From assembly GCF_009914755.1 (NCBI RefSeq), contig NC_060932.1: DNA of 64,000 nucleotides. The stretch is one strand, 5' to 3'. The stretch is from the human T2T-CHM13v2.0 reference genome, Homo sapiens. Both the position numbers and the translations under genes were made by a program. Position 1 is the first letter of the stretch, and every line of letters begins with the position of its first letter. The notes under the pieces are model-generated. The model was given only the letters and a program-made list of their open reading frames with translations, was not told the DNA's origin and ran no database searches. Of this stretch, positions 1 to 15,290 are shown piece after piece.

Positions 1-6
1 ACACGG

Positions 7-1101
7 ATTCATGGATTCCATATTTGTGAATTTGCCTGCTCCCTAAAATGTATTTCTAACCTCAGAATCAATACACATGCCACTTCTGCAGTGTTTGTGC
101 ACATCCATAGAGTAGCAAGACATTTGAAATACTGACATGATTACTCTGCCTTTCTGTTTCAGCTCTCATGATGTAAACGAGTGTCCTTTTCATTGTATCA
201 TGGGTTTTGTGCGTGCTTTGTGTTGGTAATTTTGCTATTTAAAATGGCCCGCAAGTGTAGCTGCTGAAGTTTTGTCTAGTGCAGGGGTCTCCAACTCCTG
301 GGCCTGGTACTGTTCTGTGGACTTTTAGGAACTGGGCCCCATAGCAGGAGGTTAGCAGTGTGTGAGCAAAGCTTCATCTGTATTTACAGCTGCTCCCCAT
401 TGCTTGCATTACTGCCTGAGTTCTGCCTCCTATCAGATCACTGGTGGTATTAGATTCTCATAGAAGCACAAACCCTACTGTGAACTGTGCGTGTAAGGGG
501 TCTAGGTTGCACACTCCTTACGAGAATCTAATGCCTGATGATCCGTGACTGTCTCCCATCATCCCCAGAAGGGACTGTCTAGTTGCAGGCAAACAAGCTC
601 AGGGCTTCCCCTGATTCTACATTACCATGAGTTGTATAATTATTTCATTATATATTACAATGTAATAATAGAAATAAAGTACACAATAAATGTAATGGGC
701 TTGCATCATCCTGAAACTATCCCCACTCAAGTCCATGAAAAAATAGTCTTCCATGAAACCAGTCCCTGGTGCCAAACACTGCTGGCCTAGTGTTCCTAAG
801 TGCAAGAAGGCTGTGATATGTTATAGAGAAATACATGTGTCAGATAAGCTTTTGCTCAGTTAGGAATGATAGTGCTGTTGGCCTTGAGTTCAGTGTCAAT
901 GAATCAACAATGTTAAATAAAGTGTCTTCAAACAGTGATACACGTCAAACAAGGTTATGTATTGACCACTGGAGGAAAATACTGTAACCAGAGGCTTGCA
1001 GGTGCCTGTATTTCCATTAGGAGCAATGACTCAGTATTCACTAATTTAGTGTTACAGCGACTTTACAGACCATAACTACCATGAATAAGAAGCAGCAGCT
1101 A
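7..1101 (+). mobile_element. MER82-like TcMar-Tigger DNA transposon fossil, interrupted by MER1A
   Basis: Segments resembling the recalled consensus on both sides of the insert: aaaatggccc..gctgaagt..tctagtg | ttcctaagtgcaagaaggctgtgat...ggagcaatgactcagtattcactaatt. Confidence 0.7.
282..784 (+). mobile_element. MER1A (hAT-Charlie) DNA transposon
   Basis: Starts cagggg, ends cactgctg, with MER1A-type internal sequence. 8-bp TSD gtctagtg (274-281) / gcctagtg (785-792). Confidence 0.85.
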
Positions 1102-1266
1102 TATATGACTTTAAGAATTATTCAGTGTGATTCTGATGTAAGTTTCCACATGTTCTCCTGAAACAGCCTTAACCAACCCCAGGCCAGATTCACTCAGTGC
1201 CCCACTGCCTCATCTCCCTCCTTTACATCCTCCTGCCCCAGAAGCAAGAAAGCGATTGTTGCCCAC

Positions 1267-2421
1267 CTGAGGAAAAAACTGTTTTTATACTCGCAACACC
1301 TGTGACACCTAATGCGGGAGGTTTTTTTGTTTTGTTTTGTTTTTTTTCCACACCAATCACCAACACTGTGACTCTCCAGACATCAACTAGGTGTCCAGTA
1401 ATTCAACTCAATTCCGAAACTAACCACCAGGAGTTAGATCACACCCCACTAGTGAAGGGCTCAGTCCCACACACAAGCCCCCCACTTCAGATGCCAGTAG
1501 TAAATCTGGACCTCCAAACTTCTGGCCAACTGGCTACAAATAAGGGGTCCCCACGACCCCATGCTTGGATTTAATATTTTGCTCGACTGCCTCACAGAAT
1601 CCAGGAAAACAGTCTACTCGTTTATTATAAAAGACACGACTCAGGAACAGCGTATGGAAGAGAGGCTGTATTTGTCCGTTTTTACGCTGCTGATAAAGAC
1701 ACACCCGAGATGGGAAAGAAAAGGAGATTTAATTTGACTTACAGTTCCACATGGCTGGGGAGGCCTCAGAATCATGGCAGGAGGCGAAAGGCACTTCTCA
1801 CGTGGCGGAGGCAAAAGAAAATGAGAATGAAGCAAAAGCGGAAGCCCCTGATAAAACCATCAGATCTCGTGAGACTTATTCACTATCACGAGAATAGCAC
1901 GCACGAGAAAGACTGACCCCATGATTCAATTACCTCCCCCTGGGCCCCTCCCACAATTCATGGGAATTCTGGGAGATACAATTTAAGTTGAGATTTTGGT
2001 GGGGAAACAGCCAAACCGTATCAGACGCCCAGGACAATGTATGGGGAAGGGGCAGAGAGCTTCCATGCCCTCTCCAGGAGCACCACCCTCTAGGCACCTC
2101 CACGTGTTCACCAGTCCAGAAGCTCTCCAAACCCCATTATTTAGGGGTTTTTATGGAGGTTTTATTACATAAACACAATTGATTAAATCATTGGCCATTG
2201 GTGATTAACTCAATCCCCAGCCTCTCTCCCCTTCCTTAGGTTTGGGGCGGGTGATGGGGCTGAATTTGATTCCTCTGGCAACCAGTCCCCAACTTGTTAG
2301 GAACGACAAAAGAAGCTCCTCCCACTCCCATCACTCAGGGAGCTCCTAGGGGTTCTTAGACGCTCTTGTACCAGGAACCAGGGGCAGAAATCAAATATAT
2401 AGTTCTTAATTTCTTATAACA
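1267..2421 (-). mobile_element. MER21-family solo LTR, interrupted by THE1A
   Basis: aagggctcagtcccaca..ccccacttcagatgcca; gagcttccatgccctctcc; gattaaatcattggccattggtgatt; ccaggaaccaggggcagaaatcaaatatat. Confidence 0.8.
1667..2023 (-). mobile_element. THE1A-type MaLR solo LTR
   Basis: tgta...ccaaaccgtatca termini, THE1A-like body, TSD gaggc/gacgc. Confidence 0.85.
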
Positions 2422-2512
2422 CCCCTCCCAGAAATTCTATCTTGCGTCACTATTGGGAGGGTCAGTGTGGCCTGCTTTGTGAGCGGTTTTTTTTCTTTTA
2501 TTGGTTTGGTAC

Positions 2513-3067
<555 letters not shown>

Positions 3068-3620
3068 TTAGTGAAGAATTGGGATCCAAAGTCAGAAGTA
3101 AGCTCTCCTGGTGATGGAGGAAGCAGAAGCAGTCTGTTGCCTGAGCTCTCTGTTATGTAACTTCAAGGATTCTCACACTCACTCGCACACCCCAGAGTCA
3201 GGAGGTGGGGCGTGGGAAAGTACATGGTAGAGGTCACCCCTCTGTAACTTGCAGCAGGGGCTGGGGACACAAAGGCCCTTGAGAAAGCAGCTGATTTCCT
3301 CCCCAGCACAGGCCGGTCACCACAGGGAAGATTCCAGAAGAGGAAATTTGCTCAGCTCATAACAAAGTTTATTAGCTTAGCAGATCTGTGTGTCAAACGA
3401 GAATCCGTTTCTAAAGACTCCATTCATCAAATTGGCTCAAGCTTAGTCATTTGTGAAAAAACTGCCAAAGACCCCACAAAGACAGCATACAGAAAAAACT
3501 TGCAGCCCAAGGTTTGGGAGGATTTGAAATATATAAACACAAGAATCAGAGATAAATACCAACTACCTAAGATTATGAGCTGATTTCCTCAAGGGTGGAT
3601 AGTTAGATATAGAAGGAAAC

Positions 3621-4369
3621 TGTAATTGCTCCATGGGTTTTTCCTGCCCACTGTCCAGACAAAACCAATTCATTGCAACCGTGACACTGCAATAAGGAAG
3701 TTTAATTGACACAAGACCAGCCATGCCATGTGGGAGATGAAGTTATTACCCAAATCAATCTCCCTGAGAATTCAGAGGCTAGGGTTTTTTAAGAATAGTT
3801 TGGTGGGCGGGGGGCTGAGGGAATGGGTACTGCTTGATTGGATGCAATCACAGCGGTGTGGAAAGTGGTCCTTGTACAGAGTCCCTTCTGGGTAGGAGCC
3901 ACAGGAGCAGAGTCCTGGGTCCGGGTGGGCCATCTGGTAGTTAGAAATGCAAAAATCTGAAAGGACATCTCAAAAGGCCAATCTTGTTAGGTTCCACAAT
4001 AGCGATGTTATCTACAGGAGTAATCGGAGAATTTGCAAATCTTGTGACCTCTGGAATAATGGCCGGTAATGGTTCATTACCTTGTTTATAGGTAATAGTT
4101 TATTCTGCCTACATCTTAGCAGAATTCAGCCTCCTCTCATCCTCCTAACCTGGTAGTCTTTCATTAGTTTTAGAAAGATGGTTTACTTTTGGGGAAGGGC
4201 TGTTATCATTTAAATGATAAACTAAATTTCTCCCAAAGTTAGCTAGACCCAAGCCTAGGAATGGCCAAGGACAGTCTGGAAGTTAAAGGCAAGATGGAGA
4301 TTGGTTAGATCAGATCTCTTTTACTGTCATAATTTTCACATTTTTAAAATTTTTGCAAAAGTGGTTTCA
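3621..4369 (-). mobile_element. LTR8-family (ERV1) solo LTR
   Basis: tgtaa...tttgcaaaagtggtttca termini; ggttagatcagatctcttttactgtcataatt motif; 4-bp TSD aaac (3617-3620/4370-4373). Confidence 0.85.
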
Positions 4370-4629
4370 AAACTGTCCCAAATCTTGTTAGGCATGAGGG
4401 ACAGGAGGGAACAGGAACAACTGAGATACCTTCTAGGCAGTTAATGCCAGAAGATGTCTCAAGACTGGGTTGGGTCTAGGTCAATTATTTGCGAAAGTGT
4501 GGGTGCAAACCATGTTCTATCTAGGGACTGCCAAAACTCAAAACTGGGAAGATGAAATTCTGCTACAGAGAATTCAAATGTGAGGCTAGAAATAAGAGAC
4601 AAAGTCAAGATGAGGAAAGACAGTACACC

Positions 4630-4735
4630 ACAGCAGTGCCTGCACTTGGCTCAACACCAAGGGGCACAATTCACACTGCAGTCTGTACGAATGGTGCCCA
4701 GTAGAGCTGGGCTGTGTGTACCCTGCACCATTGCT
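4630..4735. mobile_element. MER91-like hAT MITE fragment
   Basis: Palindromic core ggggcacaattcaca..gtctgtacgaatggtgccc. Confidence 0.5.
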
Positions 4736-5149
4736 TTGTAGCTGTGGATAGTGAGATAAATAAACCAAGAAATGAGAGAGCCCTTGAATCAAAATGATCC
4801 AAGATAATTGCTGAGGATAAGGCTTGAGCTTCCTCGTTTTTATCAGCTCTCCATTTTCAAAGCACAAATGGCCTGAAATACAATGAAGATGCAGTAGAAA
4901 AAGCAACAGTCTAGAAATTAAGAGACGGGAGGTCAAATCACCCTCTGAGAAGTTGGTCATTTATTCAGTATTCTTGGCGTCTGGTTTATCTCTAAAGTGG
5001 AGACAATGAGAAGTGGTCTGCTTCTCTTCCTCTCGGGGTTGAACCAAGTTTGATCAAGGATATAAGCAAACACTGAAAATGAATGCTTTGCAAATGTCAG
5101 GGTTACACATGACGCAGTGGTCATGGTTTTAGCAGGGTGCTGAGACCTA

Positions 5150-5617
5150 TCAATGGCCTACAAGACCCTGCAGTATCTGTCTCCTCTTGCTAGCCTCATC
5201 CACTCCACTCACACTGGCCCCTTTGCATTCCTCCAGTACCTGTCCCCAAGGGCCCTGTGAGTGGCTCTTCTCTCTGCTTGGCACACTGTCCTGCAGAACA
5301 TCAGCTTGGCTTGCTACCTTCCCTCCTTTGGGTTTTATTCAAACATCAAGTTCTCAGTGAAGATTTCCCTGACAACACACTATTTAAAATGCTCACCTCC
5401 TAGCATTTTCTAAACCCTTCCCTATTTATTTTTTTTTTATCCCAAACACATCACTGTCTAATGCACAATTTAATTTACTTTTTCCTATGTTTATGTTTTG
5501 TCCTCCCCCATCAGAATGTAAGCTCCTGGAGGGCAGTGATTATAATGTTTTGGATCCTAAGCCAAAAATAAAGTCTAGAAAATTGGTAGGCACTCAAAAA
5601 AATATCAGATGTATGAA
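5150..5617 (+). mobile_element. L2 3' fragment
   Basis: tggcctacaagaccctg...gaatgtaagctcctggagggcag...gtaggcactcaa. Confidence 0.75.
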
Positions 5618-6418
5618 AGGGAAAAAGCTGTTCAAAGACACAAGCTCATCTCCTTACCAGGATGCCTTTTGCACTTCGGTTGAAATGGCTCCACCAAATA
5701 AAATGTCTGTTTCAGCACTTTGCTATCAATCTTGATTTTTGCTCCAATTCCTTTTGAGACTCCAGGACTGAAGTTTTAATTCCCCTTGCTTGTTGCCCAG
5801 CAAACAGCATTGAGAAATGAAAGGTCAATTTGGAGTTGACAATTTGCCAATTTGCCATATTTGCTGACCTACTAGTGAAATGAGCCATATTTCAGGGAAG
5901 GCTGTGGGTGAAGTGAGATGGGTTGTAAGAGCCCCACAGGGGAAAGAAAATGTGGAGAGCCCCATGCCAGACAACGGAATGTTTAACAGGCATTCAAAAA
6001 ATACATGTAGCTTATTGCAAAAGAAAAAACAAGCTCTCTCTTGAGCTTTCTTTGTTGTTGTTTAAACAAAATATATCCTCTGAACTCAGTAACTTGGAGA
6101 AATCTGCTATTGCTGCAGAACTGGAAGCATATAGAGTTCTGCCAACAAGAAATCTATTCCCCTTTGGGGGTTATATTCTTATCTTGAGTTATTTTCTCTT
6201 GGCCTAGAATGTGCCACTGAATTATTCTCAAATGGCTTGCTTCTGGGTCAGTTCTTTATGCAAGGACACAGTTACCTCACTGTGATCTGGTCAAAGTCAG
6301 TCTCTGACCTGCTGGGAATAGAGAGGGAATGGAAAAGAGGCCACTTCTCTGCCATCTGAAAACAGGTGTTTGTAGATTATTTGCTCAAATTGGTTAATAT
6401 AACGATGTTAGAACTTGA

Positions 6419-6419
<1 letters not shown>

Positions 6420-6468
<49 letters not shown>
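6420..6468. repeat. (TA)n microsatellite, ~24 units
   Basis: Seen directly. Confidence 0.98.
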
Positions 6469-6470
<2 letters not shown>

Positions 6471-6665
6471 CCAGGTTTAAGCGATTCTCCTGCCTCAGCC
6501 TCCCGAGTAGCTGGGATTACGGGCACGGCTAATTTTTGTATTTTTAGTAAAGATGGGGTTTCACCATGTTGGCTAGGCTGGTCTTGAACTGCTGACCTCA
6601 GGTGATCCGCCCACTTCGGCCTCCCAAATTGCTGGGATTATAGGTGTGAGCCACCGCACCCGGCC
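6469..6665 (-). mobile_element. AluS lacking the 3' end of its right arm
   Basis: Reverse-complement Alu sequence abutting the (TA)n tract. Confidence 0.92.
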
Positions 6666-6739
6666 AGGACTTGAATATTTTCACCATATGAAATTATCTA
6701 GAGGATTCAGAATACACTCTGCAGAAGCAATACATCATC

Positions 6740-6938
6740 ATACTAAAGACTAGGCTTTAGAATGAAATAGTCCTGCTTCAAATCTCATTCCTTCTACTAA
6801 TGAGTTATATAATTTTGAGCAAATTACTTAAGCTGCCTGAGACTCAATATTTTCATCTCCAAAATGGGAATAATAATATATACATCAGTTTTTTCTGGGA
6901 TGATAAAATGAGATAATGCATTTAAACAGCTCAACAAA
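6740..6938 (+). mobile_element. MIR
   Basis: gagcaaattacttaa..tttcatctccaaaatgggaataataa core. Confidence 0.75.
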
Positions 6939-7404
6939 TTGTTCTTGTTTGTAATGATTATTCCAAAAACCCAGGAGCATAGTTTTGTTAACCAGGATGA
7001 TTTACCCTTCATTGACAAGAGAACACAGAAGGCAGGTAGTGAAGACAACATAGTCCATCTGGTGAAACTTGGCCAAAGTGATCAGATGATGTTACTCTCC
7101 TGTCTAAATCATCCTGCAGCAAACCAACATGTCAGCATCAGAGCTGTTGGTCTGCAGATAGACGAGAGGCCAGTGGGAAGCTGGATCATACACCCTGGGA
7201 CAAGGAAAATGATTCTTCCTCCCTCCCTTCCCCTTTCTGCCCTCCTTCCTTCCTTCCTGATACATCTTTCTAATTCTGTCATTCATGGCTGTCTTTTCCA
7301 CACAGTGCCTATTGTGTGTCTACACTGGATGTTCTCAGGACTTGTATGGTCTAGACCCAGTTTGGCTCACTCACTAATTGAGTTGGACAAATCACTTTTA
7401 CCAC

Positions 7405-7631
7405 AGAGTTGAACGGTTAAGAGCATAAACTCAGAATTAGTCTATCTGGATTCTAAAAGCCTGCTCTACCACTTACTAGCTGTGTGACCTTCAGTGAGTT
7501 GCTTAAAACTCTCTGTGCCTCTGTTTATCCATCTGTGAAAAGGAGATTTACAACAGTGTCTATTTCACAAGGTTGGTGTGAGAATTCGATGAGTTACTAA
7601 TGTGGACCACTTTAAACTGTACCTAGCACAA
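7405..7631 (+). mobile_element. MIR
   Basis: ctctaccacttactagctgtgtgacct..ctctgtgcctctgttt..catctgtgaaa. Confidence 0.85.
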
Positions 7632-8052
7632 AAGCCTAATATCTCCTCATTATTCTAATAGATTTCTATTACTATCTGTAAAATAAGGGGATTGTGCCAT
7701 CTCTGAAGTTCCTACTATGATAGAACTAACACTTTGTGAGTCATCTGGGATCCTCCCTGCAGAGACTGAGTCTCTCGCTACCTGCCTGCTCCCTTTCCCC
7801 ACCCATTCAACTTCATTCATCTTTCAAGTTTCACAGCTTCCCTCCTTGGCAGAAATTATGGAGCTGTTTCAATGTGCCATCGTTGGTTCAGTTAGGTGAC
7901 AAAGATGCCATCTGCTAGGAGTGTCCATTTGGGAAATCAGATGTTTAACAGATCACAGCAGTATTATGTTCAGGAAAACAACATCATGTTCCTGCACAGG
8001 AAGGAGACTCCAGGAGCCTTGGTTTGGAACAGGGCTGGTACACATGTCTGTA

Positions 8053-8765
8053 CAGTAGTTCCCCCACCCCTTATTAGAGGTTTTCTTTTCTAATATTTCA
8101 GTTACCAGTGGCCAGTGGCCAATGGCAGTTCAAAAATATACAGTGGCAAATTACAGAAATGACCAGTTCCTAAGTTTCAAATTATGATGAAACCTCGTGT
8201 CATCCTGCTCTGTTCCACCTGGGATGCAAATCATCCCTTTGTCCAGCAGATCCACACCATAGACACTCCCCACCGTGAGTCACTCGGGTGCTGCCTGAGT
8301 TATCAGATCAACCATCACAGTATCCACAGCGCTGTGTTCAAGGAACTCTTATTTTACATGGTTATAACCCCCAACCACAAGAGGAGTGATGCTGACAATT
8401 CGGATCTGCCTAAGAAAAGCCATAAAGTCCTTCCTTTAAGTGAAAAGTGAAAGTTCTCGACTTAATAAGGAAGGAAAAAAATAACTTCATGCTGAGGTTG
8501 CTAAGATCTATGATAAGAAGGAATCTTCTATCTGTGAAATTGTGAAGAAGGAAAAAGAAATTTGTGCTAGTTTTGCTGCTGCAAAAGCTACTGCCACAGT
8601 GCACGGTAAGTGCTTGAGATGGAAAAAAAATTACATTTGTGAATGAAAGACAGGAACAGAAATGTGTTCCTATTGATTACAATCAGGTTTGGTACTATCT
8701 GTGATTTCAGGCCTCCACTGGAGGTCTTGGAACATATCCCCCGTGGATAAGTGGGGGAGATGCTG
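8053..8765 (+). mobile_element. MER44 (Tigger7-derived) DNA transposon
   Basis: TIR-like ends cagtagttccccc..ttat / gataagtgggggagatgctg. Internal remnant reads PKKSHKVLPLSEK..KVLDLIRKE..AEVAKIY..ESSICEIVKKEKEIC. Confidence 0.85.
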
Positions 8766-8884
8766 TGTTATCACCCCAGAGAATCAGTATGTACTATATA
8801 TTCCACCAGGCAATGGGAATGTGCAGAGTACAGCCACCCAGCCACCAGCTGAGGCCAAGTGCCCAGTGGCAGCATGTCATGGTT

Positions 8885-9050
8885 GGAGGTCAGTCTGGAG
8901 CCAGGAGACTCCGGCTTATGCTCCAGCTCTGTGTCAGCCTATGAGATCTGGGGATTGCTGAACTTCAGAGGCTCAATTTTCTCGGTTCCTAAATGGGGAT
9001 AACAAAACCAGGTTCATAAGTCATTTTAAGAATTAAGGGAGCAATCGTGC
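8885..9050 (+). mobile_element. MIR fragment
   Basis: Degenerate core: gctcaattttctc..aaatggggataacaa. Confidence 0.55.
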
Positions 9051-9199
9051 AGTTTAGAGCTATCACGGAGGAGAAGATATTTTGTAAAATGTATAGGCTT
9101 ACACTGTAAGAGTCATAATTATTCTCATTATAGCTTCAATACATTGAAGGACTTGAATTCCTGAGTCTTCCTTAAAAGACAATAACCTAATTTGTTTTC

Positions 9200-11070
<1,871 letters not shown>

Positions 11071-11134
11071 AGCCTCCCAATGACTGGACTGAGGTTCTTT
11101 GTGCCTGTCTGTAGAAGTCATAAAAAAGAGTCCT

Positions 11135-11781
<647 letters not shown>

Positions 11782-11974
11782 TAGATCAAGACTCTTTAAT
11801 GTCATACTTCTTTACTTATACCTTTCTTTCTAGTCACCCTTCCGAAAGTTCAAATCACTTTAATATAATTATAATAACTAAATGTCTTAAGTGCTTTTTA
11901 TGGACCTAGACCCTACTAAGTGCCTTATTTACATTATCTCACTTGATCCCTACAGTACCTCCATGAAGGAGAAT

Positions 11975-12255
11975 TTATACTAGGGTTCACTAAATGCAGG
12001 CAACAGAACCAATCTATCCAAGTCAATTACAAAAGGAATTTTTTAGAAAGATATAGTAGAGTTCACAGAATCCAAGGAGAAGCCAAAGAAACAGGGTTGG
12101 AAAGCACAGGAAAGGGCATCCAGGGTCTGGGTAGCAGGAACTAGTTAATATACTGTCTTCTCCAAATGTCTCCTACGTGGTGAATTAACTCCAGCAATTT
12201 TCCCATGATTTTTACATCATTCTGCACCTGATTTCAAGTCCAGGAACACAGTGGT
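11975..12255 (-). mobile_element. Old MLT1 (MaLR) LTR fragment
   Basis: gcaggcaacagaacc..aaaaggaattttttagaaagatat..ttcacagaatc. Confidence 0.5.
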
Positions 12256-12259
12256 TTGA

Positions 12260-12700
12260 TGTGGTAGATGACAAATGGTCACAGTTTCTTTGTAGCTCCT
12301 CCCATCAAAATTGGGTCTATTTCCCCACCCTTTGAAACAGGGCTATGACTTGCTTTAACCAATAGAATGTGGGGAGGTGACATAGTGTGAGTACCAGGGC
12401 AAGGCTTCAAGAGACCTTGCAGCTTCCATCTTTATCCTTTTGAAATCTGAAAGCGCTAAACTCTGAAAAGGTTCTGGGTAGCCTCTGAGTATAAGAAATC
12501 TCACAGAGGGAGAAGTTCAACATTGCACAAACCAGGGAAAGGCCTCTAGAGATCTTGCAACTTCCACTTTTACCCTTTTGAAACCTGAGACCACCAAGCT
12601 GCAAAGAGGCCTGGGATAGGCTCCCTGTCTATAAGAAATCCCACAGAGGGAAAGAGAGGTCCAACCATCCCAGCTGAGGCCCAGACACTTGAGTCACACT
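12260..12700 (+). mobile_element. MLT1G/H-like LTR fragment with an internal duplication
   Basis: tgtggtag..ctcctcccatc..tgacttgctttaaccaatagaatgtg..gagaccttgcagcttcc. Confidence 0.75.
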
Positions 12701-13756
12701 GTCCACAAATTTCAAACTAAAGCACAAATTTTATCCAAGACAGATTAAGGCTTAGGGCAAGACAGAGACCTTGTTAAAAGCATCCAGTGCTGGAATGACT
12801 GCTTTAAGTTTAGCCAATCATGTTGATCCTTGGGTCCTAACCTTTACCAGGGATGTCCAGGCTAAGGGATGGAAAGCAGTCATGTTCCACCGAGCTCCAC
12901 CATCTCTGATGGCTGGCAGTGTCATTTGTACAGTCTATAAACTCCCATTGCCGTTCGATCAGTTTACCGCAGGGGTCCCCTGGGGCAGTGGTGACTTCCT
13001 CCAGCACTATCTCCTTAGACCCAGACTCCTCTCTAAAGGCACCACATCCCAGTCCACATGCCTCTGCTGCCAGAGTCCAGCCAAGAATAGGTACCTTAGA
13101 ACGACAAGGTACATCCACGTGACTCCTCTCTTATCACCACTGCTTGGAATCTTTGCCAGCTTTCCTGCTGACTGGCTGGGCCTCCTGATGCGCTTTTCTT
13201 AAACCTGCCTGACCTTGATATCTATCAGGACGGTGCCTAGGGCTCTCTGGCGGTATGCTGGCTGGCACGGCCTCCGCAGTCACGTTTGTTTCCCCAGCTG
13301 CTCTCTGTCCCCAGCTCCCCCAACTCCTCCTGCTACCAGGTTCTTTCACTTCTCTCACCTGAGCCATGTCATGGTCCCTGAGCAGAGCCAAACTTCTCCT
13401 TGGTCCTGCACCCAGCCTGTCTCACATGTTCACAGGGAGATGGCCAAGGACTGGAAGTCCCTCATCTCTGTGTGTTTCAGACAGACCTGCAGGCAGGCAA
13501 TACCCCCTAGACATCAGGTTTACCAAGAAGCCTCTTTTCACAGCAGGGACTGGTGTGTGGGGGGATGGGTGGGTCAGGGCAGGAATAGACAATGACTTTC
13601 ACTTTCTCAGTCCCTCTTCACTTTTCAAACCTCTCCTCTGGAATGCCACCATGCCACCAGCAAAGGCCTCTAATGACTTCCATGTACCCAAGTCTTATCC
13701 AACTAATGTTCAGTCCTAGTTTTAAAAAATCTGCTCTGTTAGTTTTCCGGTTGACG

Positions 13757-14000
13757 CTTGGCTTGTGGAAACATCTCTCCAATCTCTGCCTCTCTTCACA
13801 CGGACTTTGTAAAGCTCTCTGTGTCCTCACCTTTTCTTATGGGAAGAGCAGTCACTGGATTTAGGCCCACCCTAATCCAATATGACCTCACCTCAATCTT
13901 TAACTAATTACTTCTACAAAGGCCCTATTTCCAAATAACGTCACATCCTGAGGTTCTGGGTAGACATGAATTTTTGGGAGGTGTTAATCAACCCACTATA
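13757..14000 (-). mobile_element. MLT1B/C-like LTR fragment
   Basis: cagtcactggatttaggcccaccctaatccaatatgacctca..ccctatttccaaataa.gtcacat. Confidence 0.8.
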
Positions 14001-14329
14001 CCTTGTAAGCAACATTTAACAAAATTTCCCCATTCCGTTTCTTCATCTTTCTGACCACTCCAATATTTTTTCAACCCACAAGAAAAGTTTGCGAAAAAAA
14101 TTCAAATATATAGTTTCTCTTGAAAAATCTCTAAGCCTATAATTCCCCATGGTTGCCTCCTTTAGATGGGGGCTACCCTGTCATTTTCAGTACCTGCCTG
14201 ACCCTGGTAGCATTTGAGCTTGTGACCCCATTATATTTATATTACAGAAGGAAGGCTTTCTATAATCAGTATAAAATTTACTGAAATACAAGTGACAGCA
14301 TAATAAGATTTCTACCATGCTGGGCAAAT

Positions 14330-15290
14330 CTGTTTATTCATTTCATTCGTCTATCAGATAACACCTATAAAATGAGCATCTACTATAGGTTAGGTACTAT
14401 TCTTGGCACTGGGAATACAATTTTGAGCAATTATAGATACACTTGCCCTTATGGAAGAAAGATATGAACCACATAAATACATAAAAATAATAATTATGAC
14501 AAATCTTATAAGTGAGAGGTCCTTGATGCTATGAAAAGATGGAATGGGAGAGATTTTCATTAATCTTAAAGGCTAGGGAAGGCCGAGATATGAATGACGA
14601 GAGATTTAACTAGACAAGGAGAAGCAGTATGTGCAAAGGTCCTGTGACTGTTGGGACTATTATATGGAACAAGACTAAAAGAAGTACAGTATAGCTGCAG
14701 AGGCAGGAGAATGCCATAGAAACCAAGGGGGCAGGGGAGGCAGCAGCCCCATACAGAGCCCTCCTCACCATACTGAGTTTTGTCTTTATCCTAAGAGCAG
14801 TGGGGACTTGTTAATGTGTGTTTAAAAAGAGAATATGTTAATATTTGTCTTATTAAGGAAATTATCTTGGATGCAATTTAGAAAACACTTCAAGGAGCAC
14901 AAGAGTAGATATGGGTAGACCAGTTAGGAGGCTTCCGTCAAAATCTAAGTAAGAAATGATGGTATTTTGGAATAGAGTAGTCAGGTAGAGAAGTGTGGAT
15001 AGGCCTGAGAGAAACATAGGGTTCCATAAAATCCACAGAATTTGGTGATGGATCAGAAATGGGGTGCAAGGGAGAGGGAGGAGTCAAGGGCAACTCCTCA
15101 GTCTAGGTATTGTTTAATAGATGCTGTTCACTGCCACAGGGGACACTGGGAGGGTCTGGGATGGGGCGGGGCAGCACACACTTCCGTTAGGACATGTTTA
15201 ACTCAATGTGTTGTTGAGACACTCAACAGGAGATATTGAAGTGGTGGGTGGTGATTTGGGTCTAGAGCTCAGAGGAGGAGTTTTGGTTAA
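14330..15290 (-). mobile_element. L2 fragment
   Basis: ttattcatttcattc..gagcatctactat..gcactgggaatacaa..tgtgcaaaggtcctg..gaccagttaggaggct. Confidence 0.75.

Noticed and set aside
6939-7412. 157-aa ORF
   Set aside because: TTG start, low-complexity segment, no recognisable homology.
12771-13202. 143-aa ORF in GC-richer unique DNA, considered as a retroviral or pseudogene remnant
   Set aside because: No gag/pol/env or cellular motif recognised in the supplied translations.
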